Source: Neocallimastix sp. 'constans' (taxonomy: Eukaryota). From it: 64,000 nucleotides of DNA. The number at the start of each line of letters is the position of its first letter. Position 1 is the first letter of the stretch. A model generated the notes under the pieces. The model did no database searches. It was not told the DNA's origin and worked only from the letters and a program-made list of their open reading frames with translations. The translations under genes were made by a program, and so were the position numbers. Of this stretch, positions 14,979 to 29,454 are shown in pieces. Location: contig JBODTK010000108.1 of the NCBI GenBank assembly GCA_050613775.1, positions 310,001-374,000 of the forward strand, written 5' to 3'.

Positions 14979-15124
14979 AAAAAAAAAAAAAAATAAAAAA
15001 AAAAAAAAATAAATATATATATATATATATAACAATAATAACAACATACACTTTTTTTGTTTTTTGTTTTTTTTTTTTTTGATTTTTTAGATTAATATTA
15101 TTTATTATTTATTTATTTATTTGT

Positions 15125-15199
<75 letters not shown>

Positions 15200-16900
15200 T
15201 TTGTTATTATTACATTAATTAATAAAAATAAAACTAAGAAATTTTATAAAAATAAGAAGAAAAAAAATAAAAAAAATTAAAACAAAATAAAATAATAAAA
15301 AAATAAAAAATATAATAAAATAAAATAATAATAATAAAATAATAAAAAATATAATAAAATAAAATAAAAATAAAAACAAAAAAAAAAATAAAAAAAATAA
15401 AAAATATAATAAAGAATAAAGAAAAGATAGTATATTAAAAAAAAAAAAATTAAATTATGTCAATTATTAAATTATAAAAATTAAAAATAAAAAAATAAAA
15501 ATAAAAATAAAATAAAATAATAAAAAAATAAAAAATAAAATAACTATATATAAAAAATATTTAATAAAATATAAAGCTATAATATTTGTATAATTAAAAT
15601 TTTTTTTAGTTCAAGTTCTTCAACTTGGTTAAGCTCTTAAATTATACATTATATATATAATAAAAAATGATTGTAATATTTTTTTTTATATATACATATT
15701 TTTTTTTATAAAAAAAAAAAAAAATAATAAACAATAAAGGGTAGGGTTAAAACTATATAAATCAATTTTAAATATATATTTAATTTAATTTAAATATATA
15801 TATCTATACTATAAAAAAATTTTTTTTTCTTTTTCTCATTATTTATATCCTATTTCATTTTATTAATTGTAATTTTTTTTTTATAAAAAAATATAAATAT
15901 TAAAATTTTATAAAATAAAAAATATTAAAATATTAAAATAATAAAATAAATAGTATATAAATATTTTTTATAAAAAAAAAAAAGATAGAATAAAATTATA
16001 AAAAATTTTTTTTTTCATTAAACATTATTTACAATTGATAGTGAAGGAATGAAAGAGAGAAAAAAAAAAGAAAAGAAAAGAAAAAGAAAAAAGAAAAAAG
16101 AAAAAGAAAAAAGAGCAAAAAAATAAAAAATTATTTTAAATATTTTTAATTTTTTTTTTATAATTTTTTGTTTCTTTCTTTCTTTCTTTCCTTTTTTTTT
16201 TTTTTTTTTTTTTTTTTTCTGCTTTTTGTTTGTTCGTTTTCTTTTTTCTTCTTAAGAAAAAAAAAAAAAAAAAGGATTAAATTATAAAAACTTAAAATAA
16301 ATAATATTAATGTGAAAATATATATATAATATGTAATAACATTATACATATGATATCCGTTTATAAGTTATGGTATCATATATATATATATTTATTACAT
16401 TTTTTAAATAAAATATAGATTTTTTTAAATTTAAAATAATAAAAAAAAAATTAAAAATTAAAAAATAACGATAAATATCTACTTCCTTAATAAATAATAA
16501 AAAAAAAAAAGTATTTATAAAAAAAAATTAACTTTTTTTTTTCATTTAAATCTCTTTTTTACTTTTTTTTTTTTTTTAATATGGAATTAGAATTAATTTT
16601 TATATTATCTTTAATTAAATTATTAAATATATATATTAAAACTTCAATGATTTACTATAGTTTTTCCTTTATTGAATTTTTTTTTTGGTAAAAAAATTTT
16701 TTTTTAAAATATTATATTTATGGTGTAAATAAATGGAATAACTTTTAATAATTATGATGTTTAATTATATATATATTATTCATTAATAAATCAAATGTTG
16801 CATAATTAAATTTGTATTTTTATATTTTTTTTTGTTTTATTTTGTTTTTTGATTTTTGGTTTTGTATCTTTTTTTTAAAAAAAAAATATTATCTTTCTAT

Positions 16901-19033
16901 TTACATAAAATTCTTATCTATATCTGGAAAATTTATTAAGAATTGATTATCATCAATTCCTAAATCGAAAGTTTCTGAATTTTGTAAAGATAAATTATTT
17001 CCTAAGGTTGAAAGGGTATTATCACTACCATCAGTAGAGGTAAGTAAATTTAAGTCTTCATTTGATTGAGTTGTTAATTGAGCACCATTCATAATATTTA
17101 AATTATCCATTATAAAACCCCCAGTTTTTGTAATAGATGGATTAGAACTTAAAAATTCTGATGAATTATTAGAAGAGGCAGTAGCTGTGGCAGCACTTAA
17201 TGTTAATGGATTAATTATATTAGTTGTAGCTGTAGCTGTAGCGGAGGCGGCAGCAGATTGGATAGTATTTTCAGTGATAGTATCTAATGAAACAACTGGA
17301 CTAACTTGAGTAGCTCCTCCTGGTAATGCTTGATTTGGGATAGTAGTTTTATTAATTTGTACCGGTGACACTGCAGAAGCAGCAACGACTGGTTTTTGAA
17401 TATTTAAAGCAGCAGCGTTTTGTAATTGAACAGTAGCACTATCAGCACCAACAACAGCTGTAGCAGCACCAGTAGGTTGAACTGGAGATGTTAATTGCAT
17501 TTTTTGAATAAGAGCTGGACTCACTGCTTGAGTCATTGTTTGTGGCGTAACAAATCCATTTCCAATGGTAGCAGTTTTAACTAATGGAGCTGATGCAGTT
17601 GCAGTTGCAGTTGCCTGAATCATTTGAGTTGATGGTTCTAATATTGGTTGTTGAACTAATGGAACTACAACATTTTGTGGAATAGTAACAAGACCACTTG
17701 AAGAGGGAATAGATAAACGCCTATTTCCTGTAAGGTATTGATTATTTGGATTTAATAAAAGGCCAGCTGGACATGATTGACGTCTTTGGAAATGATTTTG
17801 TTGATATAATAAATTTGCTTGAGTTGCAGCAGTTGGTTGAACAATACGACAGAGTTGTCTTAAATCTGGTGAACTACGAACAACAGTATCAACTTCATTC
17901 TTTAAATGATTATAATCACCTTCAAGAACATGTGTATAGACATTGGTAGCTTGTTGTCGTTCTGTAAAATCTCCACTTAAATTCCAAGTTGGATTAGTTG
18001 GACCATTGGTTTCCATCCAAAATTGTGGTGCCTTAATAAGTGTAATAAATAATTTACCATTACTAACAGTTCCATTAAATGGCTCCAATACAATTTGACC
18101 AATTGAGGTAAATGGAAATTCTACTTTAAAACGAATATTTTGTTCTTTTATTAACCATCTAATTCGCTTTTCAACAACACTGAAACTACATCTTAAACTA
18201 TCTGGATCATTTGGAACAGCAATTCTTCTCCAAGAACCAATAACTAATGCATTATTCGTAAAGTTATAGTAATTCTTTTCTGGGCTAGGAACTAAATAAT
18301 TATTGGAAAGTTCTGGTTTTAACATAGATATATTTTGGGCAGCAAGACCAGTTCTAGCACCATATTCAGCACCAATTGGAAGATTAATTCCTCCTTGAAC
18401 TTGAGGAAATCTTAATCTACCTAATGCAGGATTGGCAATAGCACCTTCAGGTACTGAATTTAACGTTTGACCATACATATTGCTGACATCAATACTTTTT
18501 GAACGATTCATTACTTTTGTCATATCTGGTTGATACATTGGTTGACCATAAGGTGGATAACCTGCATACATTGCTCCTGGATATTGATAGAATAATTGAT
18601 TTTTCAATAAATGATCTTGAAGAGCAGCTTGTTGATTACGCTTTTGAGTATTCTTAACTTTTGCACGACGATTTTGGAACCAAATTTGAATTGAACGTTC
18701 AGACATATGAACCTTTTCTGCTAAAGCTTCACGAAGCTTACTATTGGGTGAAGTATTCTTTTCAAATGTAGCTTCTAAAATAGCTAATTGTTCTGGAGTA
18801 GCTCTACTTCTTTTTTTGTATGTACTATTTGGTTTATTATCATCATTACCTGTATCCTTATTTTCTTTTTCTCCTTCGGTTTTCTTTATCTCATTTTTAA
18901 CTTCTGGTATATTGCTGTATGAAAATGACTGTAATTTTTGATCTTTGGTTGTTATTGTCGTTGAATTAGTATTTAATAAAGGATTATTAGTCGTTGATAA
19001 CGAATCAACACTCTTTCTTGCTACTGACATCAT
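16901..19033 (-). CDS. Homeodomain transcription factor, fungal PHO2/HOY1/Phx1-like (710 aa, single exon)
   Basis: Homeodomain KKRSRATPEQLAILEATFEKNTSPNSKLREALAEKVHMSERSIQIWFQNRRAKVK. A second globular domain begins LVIGSWRRIA, as in HOY1/Phx1-type proteins. Q/T/A-rich tail with an acidic end. Confidence 0.92.
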   Translation of the reverse strand: MMSVARKSVDSLSTTNNPLLNTNSTTITTKDQKLQSFSYSNIPEVKNEIKKTEGEKENKDTGNDDNKPNSTYKKRSRATPEQLAILEATFEKNTSPNSKLREALAEKVHMSERSIQIWFQNRRAKVKNTQKRNQQAALQDHLLKNQLFYQYPGAMYAGYPPYGQPMYQPDMTKVMNRSKSIDVSNMYGQTLNSVPEGAIANPALGRLRFPQVQGGINLPIGAEYGARTGLAAQNISMLKPELSNNYLVPSPEKNYYNFTNNALVIGSWRRIAVPNDPDSLRCSFSVVEKRIRWLIKEQNIRFKVEFPFTSIGQIVLEPFNGTVSNGKLFITLIKAPQFWMETNGPTNPTWNLSGDFTERQQATNVYTHVLEGDYNHLKNEVDTVVRSSPDLRQLCRIVQPTAATQANLLYQQNHFQRRQSCPAGLLLNPNNQYLTGNRRLSIPSSSGLVTIPQNVVVPLVQQPILEPSTQMIQATATATASAPLVKTATIGNGFVTPQTMTQAVSPALIQKMQLTSPVQPTGAATAVVGADSATVQLQNAAALNIQKPVVAASAVSPVQINKTTIPNQALPGGATQVSPVVSLDTITENTIQSAAASATATATTNIINPLTLSAATATASSNNSSEFLSSNPSITKTGGFIMDNLNIMNGAQLTTQSNEDLNLLTSTDGSDNTLSTLGNNLSLQNSETFDLGIDDNQFLINFPDIDKNFM

Positions 19034-19766
19034 TGTAGTATTATGTATTTTTTATTTGGTATTTAGATTAAAAATTTCTTATAGTAAAATCTATAATTGA
19101 GCATTTCATAAAAAAAAAAAAATTAAAAAATTAAAAATTAATATATTTTATAATTAAAGCAAAAAAAGTTTTATATATTTTATTGTATGTCTATTTTCAA
19201 ATTATTTCTATTATTAATTATTATTTTTATTATACTATATAAATAAAGATGATATATACCGATTTAAATGGTTTGTTTTTTTTTTTTTTATTTTATTTTA
19301 AAAAATGTATATATATAATAGATTTAAACTTTATATTTCTTTTATTTTTTGTTATCTTTTCTTTTTTTTACTTTATTAGAATTTAAAGCATAAATTAAAT
19401 TTTTTATAATTAAATAAATTAAAAAAAAAAAAAAAAACTATACTATATACAATAAATTTTAATTCAAAACCTTATATAATAAATATATAAATTTATTTTT
19501 ATACTTTTTTATGTCAGAAATTTTATTTTCCTAAATTACTTTCCACTTCTTTTTAAAAATTTACTTTATATTATAGCTTTTTTTTTTTTTCTCTTATATA
19601 TATGTCTATTTTTTTTATATATTTAATATAACTATAAAAGATTATATTTACTTTTTATGTTTCAAATTTACTTCTTCTATAAATTAAAAAGTTCAATAAA
19701 TTAAATATTACAAGAGTTTACTTTTTAAAATATAGAGTAAAGTAACAAATATTTAATTCGATTAAA

Positions 19767-19824
<58 letters not shown>

Positions 19825-19962
19825 CTTTTATTATATTAAATATAAACTTTTTATTCAGAAATAAGGAAAAAGTACTAAATCTATTTCCCTTTTTTTTAAG
19901 ATTATTTTTTTTATTATTTTTTTTTTCAATATATTTAATAAATATTCCTATACTTTTAATGC

Positions 19963-20027
<65 letters not shown>

Positions 20028-23000
20028 AAAAAAAAATGAATTTAACTAAATTTATAATATAAAATACAAGAAAAAATTACTACTTTTATAATTTTTTAAG
20101 AAGAAAAAAAGATGATAAAAAAAAAAAAAAAAAAAGAATTAAAATGAAATAAAAATTTTTGTTTAATATAAATTATATAATAAATAAATAATTGTTAAAT
20201 CTTATTTATTATTATTTTAAATTAATTTTTATTTTATATATATATTTAATTATAAACAATTCACTAAAGACATATAATATATTGAAAAGTATTAATATAA
20301 ATTTGAATTTATATCAATATTTAAAGGTTAGGTTTTTAAAGATTTTTCATTTAATTCATAATATATGGTTCTAATATATTTTATATAAATAAATATGTGT
20401 AATTCTATATATTAATTTACTATTTCACTATAAATTTTATTATCTAGAAAAAAATCGCCATTAAAGAAAATTTTTAGCACCACTTAAAGAAAATTTAATT
20501 ATTAAATATACATTTAACTACATGTTACAAATACGTAGAAACATATTTCATTTATTTCATATATTTTATATATGCGCCTATACACTTTAACATATATATA
20601 TATATAAATTAATTCATTTATTTATTTATTTATTATTTATTTATTTATTTAATTTATGAATATTAATAAATTTTATATTAATTTACCGTTATTCATTTAA
20701 TATATATACTCTAAACTATTATTAACATTGAAAGAGACTCAATATTATTATGGATAAAATTTTATTCAATATATTTATTACATATGTCTGTTAATTTAAA
20801 TATATATTAATTTAAATAATATTATTATTCTATATATTTATATTGCATTAGTATATTAAAATATTTAATTATTATAGTATTATATTATTATATATATACA
20901 TATTTATCTTTTGAAATTAATAAAGTTAAAATATATTTACAATATTCAAAAATTATATTTATTTGAATTTATCAAGGAGAGTGTTTGTGGCACATGGACT
21001 GTCAAATGATTGGGTAAAACTAAGGGAATATTTATATATATATTAAGTATATAGACAACGAATTTATGATTGGATCTTAATTGTATATATAATAAATATA
21101 TTTAATATATAATACATTATAATTGGATAATAAAAGAATAATTTTAAATTTATTCATAATATTTATTTATTTTTTTATAATATAATGATTTTTTACCTAA
21201 TATATTTTAATAAATATATTATATATTGCTAATATATTATAATAAATGAATATTATATAATTTGGTTTATATTAAAATTTATTTATTTCTTTAAAATAAT
21301 TATTTAGTTTTTCACTTTTTATATTTATTATTCACTTTTTTTTTTTATTATTATTTTCAATTTTAATCTCATTTTTGTGAATTAGTAAAAATTTCCATTT
21401 AATATATTATAATGTTTTTATTAATAATTTTAATATTATAAGCTATTGTATTTTTCCTATTAATATTTAAAAAAAAATTATGAAAGGAGATGAAATAACG
21501 TGGTACAGATGACAAAAACTATGATAAATCGCTTATAAAGCAGTTAACGACTGATGTGTTTAAAGCATGTAGTAAAACTTAACAATAAAATAGTGAGTGT
21601 GTTAAGGAAATATCACAAGAAGATTAACCTATCTTTTATGCAAAAATAATCATTTTATTAATACACAAAAGAATATATTTTAAGCATAATAAGTAAAGGA
21701 ACGATTTGTTAATCTTGAACTGAAGTTATACATATAACCAATACCAAAAGATTATTGTTCAAAATTTTACTAATTAATATTATATTAAATATCATTTAAT
21801 TAAACGTCAATTTTAATATGTATAAAAAAATTATATATACATATATTGTATGTATATACAACAAAAAATATGTTTAAAAAAAGAAATAAGAAAAAAAGTG
21901 AAATAAAAAAAAAAAAAAGGACTTTTATCAAAATATTTTTTTTTCATATATGAAAAGTAGTATCTTGGATGTTGGATTAAAAATTTTTTATAAAAAAAAA
22001 TAAGGGAGATTAAATATTACCTTATTTGGATGCAATAATTAAATCTTACCATATATAGAATTTTTAATAATCTTAAAAAATTTAATTATTCTAAATTAAG
22101 ATGTTACACAATTTTGTACAAGAATTCGTAAATTAAGCACAACGGAAAAGGAATGATTATTTTTACATATATATACAAATAGTTATCTCATAATATATTA
22201 ATATATTGAAGTTTTTTTTTTATTATCTTTTAATTAATTTATATTTAATTTAAAAATTCAAATCTTAAAATTTCAAACCAAACTAAACCAAAAAAAGAAA
22301 TAGTAACATATTAAATAAAAATATTATAACTTATAATTATGTTAAATTTTTAATTTAAAGCATCTGAAAGGAATATATATATTAAAATATTAAAAAAATT
22401 TTAATAAAGTATATCACATATTTAAATATCCATTTAGTTTTTTTATTTAATAATAAAAATTAAGTTTTCTTTTTTTTTTTATAATATTATTTATTACTTC
22501 TTAATTATTACAATTTAGTATTTACATTCTACTATCTTCAACTATTTTTCATCAACCATTTACTACTATTTATTTATAGTTTAAAAATAATTAATTTATA
22601 ATTTATGTAATATTTTTATCCATTCATTCATGCATTTTTATTTTATGTAATATTTATTAATATTAATACCTTCATATTGAATAGAAATTATAATAATTAA
22701 AATTCTTTTGGTATTAAAAAATAATTATTATTATAACTAATTTTTTTTTGTTTGTTTGCTCTTTAATATAAAAATAAAAATGTGGCATTTTTTATATTGT
22801 TAATATAAAAAGGTTGTTAAAGTTATTACATTGTGATATTCTTAAAACCTTAAATTTAATATTAAAACAGTTTTCTTTATTTATTTATTTATTTATTTAT
22901 TCATTTATTTATTCATTTATTTATTTTTATCTCATATGTTTTTTTGTTTCGTTTTTTTTTTAATAAATCGTCATAATAATATATATATATATATTAATGA

Positions 23001-24596
23001 GAAACAAAAAATGTTTTATTTTAGTTTATTTTTATTTTAATTTCTTTTTTCTTTTTTAAAAATAATTTAATATATGATTTTATGAATAAAAAAAATAACA
23101 TTTCATCATTAATTAAATAGTATATAATTCATTTTAAATCCACTTCAATATAATATTAATACTTTTATTTATTCTTTCTTAATAGTTATTGTTATCTAAT
23201 TTTCTTTACAATATTAGCTTTTTTACTTTCCTTTTAGTAATTATAGATAACTTTTTTTAATATCCATTTTATGTCTACTAAATATAGTAGGTGTCATTTA
23301 AATTGAATTCTTTAAAATAAAGGTATCTTTTTTTTTTTTTTCTTAATCTAAAGTAAATATATACATAAATAAAAATTTAGTATTATTAATTTTTAAAATA
23401 AATCATGTTATTGTTCATGTGAAATATTAAATTCAATTAATTAAAAATAGTATATATTATTAATTAAAAAAAAGAGAAAAAAAGTTCTTTAATTTATAAA
23501 ACTACCGTAAAAATTATTATAAGCAATAAATTAATAGGTATTGTTACTTCTATCTTATTATTATTACTATTATTATTATTATCTAATTATTATTAAAAAC
23601 TATTTATGTAGTAGTACTTACATATATTAATTTAAAAGAGAAATATATGTTATTAGATGACAATATAGCTTTTATATAATCCCGATAAGAATACTTATAG
23701 GATAAAACTAAATAAAAATAATTAGCACTAATATTATTATAATTTATAAATGTTGTCATTTTTTATTGTTGATTATTATTGTTATTAAGAATTTTATATT
23801 ATAATTATTTATTATAATTAATGATTATTTATTATGATTAATTATTACAAATAGAAGTTATAATTATTATCTAATAATTTTCTCTAAAAGCTGATAAATT
23901 TTTTTTTATAAAATTCATATAATTAGAACAATTTAAAAAAGATATTTATTGTATGTACATAAAAAAGAAATAATCCAGATATTGATTTTAATTAAGACTA
24001 TTATAGTAAGTTTCATTTAATATATACTTATGATATTTATTATATCTATATTCATATATTTTCATATGAACCTCTACAAACTTTCTGTGTAATTAAAAAG
24101 GCTTTTTTTGTGATCAAAAAATAATTGAATACAACATTATATCTTTAGTTTATTTTTTTTACAAAATAACTTTAATTTATAATATAAAAACCTTTTAATA
24201 TAAATTTTTACAAAAAAACTTTAATTTATAATATAAAAGATTTTTAATAAAAGTTTTTTTTTTCTTTTTTGATTATAAAAAATATATATAATTTTAATGA
24301 ATATAAAAAAATTTTTTTTTTATTTATTATAAAAAATTTTTAAGTACAAAAAAATAGTATTAGATATTAAATAAACTTATTAGTTATTAAGCTTTTAAAA
24401 AAGTTTAATAAATAATAAACTTTATTTAAATACTTTTTACAAAAATAATGTATACATTTTTCAAAATTTATAGTATATCACGTATTTTATGATTTTGTAC
24501 CAAATGATTAATGATAATTCAAATTATTTTATAGCGTAAAATCTTAACTTTAATTGTTTTATTATTGTTTAATTATAAAGCTATTCATTTATTCAT

Positions 24597-24639
<43 letters not shown>

Positions 24640-25651
24640 TTAACCCGATGTTTTTTAATATTCAAAATTGTCTCTTTTATATTACCACTTCTATGTTTTA
24701 AAAGAGTGATACAAAAAGTAAAAAACAAATAAAAAAATAAAATAAAATAAAATAAAATAAAATAAAATAAAAAATATTTATTTATTATACTTTAAAACTT
24801 ACAATAATATAATGCATTATATTAATATTAATATTAATAATTATTCATTACATTATAAATACCTTTAATACTTGCTAAACTTAATCTGTTTTAACATATG
24901 TTTTAAAAGAATTTTAAATTTTATAAAAATGAAAATTTATATACATAAAACCAGTATTCATCACCACTGAAAAAAAAAAAAAAAATAATTAAAATTAACA
25001 TTGAATCATATTTTTCACCTTTCGAATATATTTCATATAAATAATTATAAATAACTATGTGGATTTAAATGTGGAAAGACCATTTAATATTAATATTCAT
25101 AAATATTTAAATTTTCATATTATATAAATATTGACCATTGTAAAAAATATTTATATATAGAAAAAATATTAATATTAATATTCATAAATATTATTCCAAT
25201 ATATTAAAAAAAAAAAAAAGTATAATAACAAAAAAGGCATAATGAAAAAAATAGAATAAAGAAAAAAAATGGTCATCATCAAAATATAACCCCAATTAAT
25301 TAAAATCTATTATACTGTCCTTGATAAATTATTATTGTTATTATGGTTAACCTACACCCGGAATTTTTTAAACAAAAATTTTATTAGTATTTCAAATGAT
25401 ACATTATGCAAATAATAATAATAAAAATAATAATAATAGGGATATTATTTTTAATAAGATCTATCTTAATCTAATTTTTATAAATAATATATGTAATAAA
25501 TTTCAAAAATAAAAAAGAAAAAATAAAAAAAAAGTACATATTGTTTTTTTTATTGTTTATTTTTTTTATTAAAATACAAAACATAAATGAAAGAAAAGAA
25601 AAACCTTTCATTCCTTCGAATAATTCCTTTTTTCCTTTTTCTGATAAATTA

Positions 25652-25683
<32 letters not shown>

Positions 25684-27066
25684 GGGATGGATTCTAGATT
25701 TTTATTTTAATGTATACAGAAATACATTTTATGGTTAGATTTTCATTTTTCCTAATTGATAATAGTTGATGTACATTAAATTAATACAATGTATAAAATT
25801 ATGTACAATTTTATGGAAATAACAAAAAAAAAAAAAAAAAAAAAACATTTTTTTAATAAAAGAAAATATTTATCTATTCCTATATATTAATTTTATTATT
25901 ACTTTATGATTGTTAAGCTATAAATGTGACCTCCAATAGTATTATCTATTAAATTATGACCATTGTATTTGTCAATAACAATACAAGTATGATGATTTTT
26001 TAATTTTTATTTAACAATCAAGGGGATATGTGAATTTTTAGTCAACATAGAAAAATATATAACAAAAAAAATGAGGTTCTTTTTTTTTTTTTTTTTTTTT
26101 TATAAAGTTTTATTAAAATAATTAGTACAAAAATAAAATTAAATAAAATAAAAAATAAATTGAAAATTTGAAATATAAAATAGTTTAATATTCTAATCTT
26201 AAAATAAAAATTAAATATAAAAATAAAAATAAAAATTAAAATATATATTATATTAAAAATAAAATAAAACTTACTAAAAATAGCACAATGTACATGGCTT
26301 AATAATAAGTAATTATAAAACTACTTCTAAACATTGATTTTATGTCTTTTTGCTTTGTTTTATTTTTATATTAACGATTATAATTTTATTTATATTTATA
26401 TACATATATATATATTTAAAATTAATCTATATATAGTTATTATTAATTATCAAAATCACTATAATAATTATTATTAATAAAAAAATTTATATAATAAATC
26501 TTTAGTTGTATATAAAAATAAAATGATAGGTTGTACAAGGAATTCTATTATGTATATATAATAATTGCGGCTTTAAAAAAAAATATTATTTACATATAAA
26601 TCATCAAATAAATATAAATATATATATTGCTCAAAATAATTTCTATTTTATTTTCCTTTGATTAATTATTATTTTTTTTTTTTTTTTTTTTTTGTAATTT
26701 AAGCATTTGAATAGTTTAAACTTCTAAAATAGTTATTAGCAATACTACCAAATTTATTTAAAAAGAAGAGAAATTTTATAATTAAATAATTTTTATAATT
26801 AAATATTATAAATAATTATTTTATATTTTAATAAATATTGAAATATATATTTATATTATAAATAATTATTTTATTACTATTTTATAAAATATTAAAGATA
26901 TATTTTAATATTTTGTAATAGTAATAAAATTATTTTATAATATTTAATAGTAAAAATGTATTGTAATATTTTAATAAAAAATATATATATATATATTAAT
27001 TTTTAATTAACAGTACATATTTTTATATTTTGTAAAGAATAATATTACAATAACATTGTTTTAATG

Positions 27067-27366
27067 GGGTGTGGGGCATTTCGCCAAATTGCATTTCGCC
27101 AGATTGCATTTCGCCAATTTTTTTGAAAGCATGTGGCGTATTAAAAAAATGTGGCATTTCGCCAAATTGAAAATTATTAAATAAATAAATAAATCAATAA
27201 ATAAAATTAAATATTATTAATATCGCATAAAAACAATTTTAAAAAAATATTTTGAATTAATATTTATTTATTTATTCATTTATTTATATCAATACTCTAC
27301 TTGTCGAAATGCAACCTGGCGAATAGCAACTTGGGGAAATGCAACTTGGGGAAATGCAACTCTCCC
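27067..27366. mobile_element. 300-bp MITE, Mutator-like, with 9-bp TSD GTTTTAATG
   Basis: GTTTTAATG at 27058-27066 and 27367-27375. Left end GGGTGTGGGGCATTTCGCC matches the right-end reverse complement GGGAGAGTTGCATTTCCCC. Subterminal ~15-bp repeats TTGCATTTCGCCAA(A/G) are inverted at the two ends. Confidence 0.85.
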
Positions 27367-27569
27367 GTTTTAATGTTCTTAAGCTAACCTAATCCAATAA
27401 AAATTAAAAAAACTTTAATCATTATTGTATTTATTCACTTAAAATAATTTTAACTATTAATAAATTATAATTATGTACGAAAGAATTAATATGGTCAATT
27501 TTCTGTCATTTCTTAATAATTAATTATTAACTAATAATTTTAATATTTAAATCATTTAAGCATTTCAAC

Positions 27570-28147
27570 CATAATTCAATGAAATCATTTCTAACAATTT
27601 CCTTTTTTTTTTTTTTTTATTTTTTTTAACGGAGTTTTCATATTTTTGTAAATATTTAACTAAAGCTTTAATTTCCTCAGTCAGTATTAATTTTTTTTTT
27701 TTTTTCAAAATTCCAGCAGTTCTTTCTCTATTCGTAGTTAATGTAATATTTGGATTTTTCTTCTTGCAATTCTGATAATAATTGAAAAAAACAGTTGTTT
27801 GTTTTTTTTTTTGCAAATAATTTTTTTAAAGTATTTATTAAAAGATTCTAAAGTATTATTTGTAATATGTTCAATATTGTCATAATAATTCCAATTTTCT
27901 GTTTCATAGCTAATTAAATAAGTTTTTTTTTTTTTTTTAAAAAAAAAAAAAATATTCTAAAAATTCAAAAAATTGAACATAATTATGTTCTTAACATGTA
28001 CTTTTTATTTTACTATAAATATCATATATATATTCAGGGTTAATAAAAGGAATAATAAAAGAAAAGTTCGAAATATTTTGATAATAAATATATAAATGAT
28101 TTATTTTTTTCAACTTTATTACCACATAATTCTTTTTTTTTTTTTTT

Positions 28148-28205
<58 letters not shown>

Positions 28206-29116
28206 AATTATTAATGCTCTTTTAAAATACTATTTTTTATATTTATATTAAGAAAATTTTTTTTCGGCAGAATTAGATATAGATTTTTCAAAATCGCAAT
28301 GAAATATTTTTGGTGTAATTTCAATACTATTATTATATTTTTATTATTTATTTTTATTATTTATTTTTATTTTTATTTTTATTTTTTTTTTCTTCAAACA
28401 ATATTTCATAAGATGTTTGCATTTTATTTTTTTAAAATAGAAAAGGAAGTAGTGTAATAACAATTTAATTCTGTAAATATAAGTTCTAATTATGAATACT
28501 TGACCTAAATATAGGTGAAATATAAAATATGCTATCAGCAAAAAATATGTTTATTTTTAGAAAATAATTCTGTTTGGAATGGAGATTGAAAAGCAATTAA
28601 ATCATGTTTTTTTGAATATCATAAAATTTTCATTCCTTTTTTGCCTTATAACATTTTGATTTATTGGGAATTTCATCGAATGTTGTTAAATCAGGAGGTA
28701 GCTGTTTTCTTCTACTTTTGTCACTTTGGATTTAATTGAATTATATCTAGGACATATAAGATTCATATTTACTTTGAGAAATTTCATTATATTTTCGTTT
28801 TATATTGCATTAAAAGGAATTGAACTACTTAAAATTTCATCTTTAATTTTATTTTTTACAATTGATTTAGCAGCTTCAAATTTATTTTCAAGATGATTAT
28901 ATGAGTCATCATGTTCTACGATTTAATTCTCATTGTTTAAAATAATGAAAGATGGACATTTATTTAATGGTTTATATTCAGTTCATTTATATATATATAT
29001 ATATTTTAATTGTCTTCCCTTTTGGATGAAAGATTAAACTTATATTCTCTGTTTAAAATAATTTGTTCTTTTCCTCTATTAGTTTTGCTTATTTCATTTT
29101 CTTGATTTTTCTCCAT
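27570..29116 (-). mobile_element. MULE (Mutator-like) transposase pseudogene
   Basis: Frameshifted minus-strand motifs: CPSFIILN...H (N-terminal Zn/FLYWCH-like), FADSIFYISP..QVFIIRTY..YTTSFSILK, IFHCDFEKSISN and WNYYDNIEHITNNTLESFN. Probable ATG at 29116. Confidence 0.8.
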
Positions 29117-29454
29117 TTTTTTTTAATAAAAGTTTCTAATTATGATAAATTTTAATAATATATATTTTTAATTATATACACTATAAAGGAAGATTAATTA
29201 TCCAAATTTTATTTTTTAATTCTTTTATATTTTAAATTTTTTCTTTTTCTTTTTTTTTTTTTCTCTTTTTTGTTTTTAAATGTAACTAATAAATATAAAG
29301 TATTTATGAAATTATTATATTTTTTAATATAAAAAGTATAAAAAATTTTTTATACTATAATTTTAATTCATTTATATTTATTTTTATATTTAATAATTAT
29401 TATTGTTTTTATTGTAATCATAAAAATATTATTATTGATGTTTCTTTATCTTAT

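Noticed and set aside
27076..27360. 15-bp repeats as a possible CRISPR or iteron array
   Set aside because: No spacers; the repeats are inverted at both ends and bounded by a TSD, so they are MITE termini.
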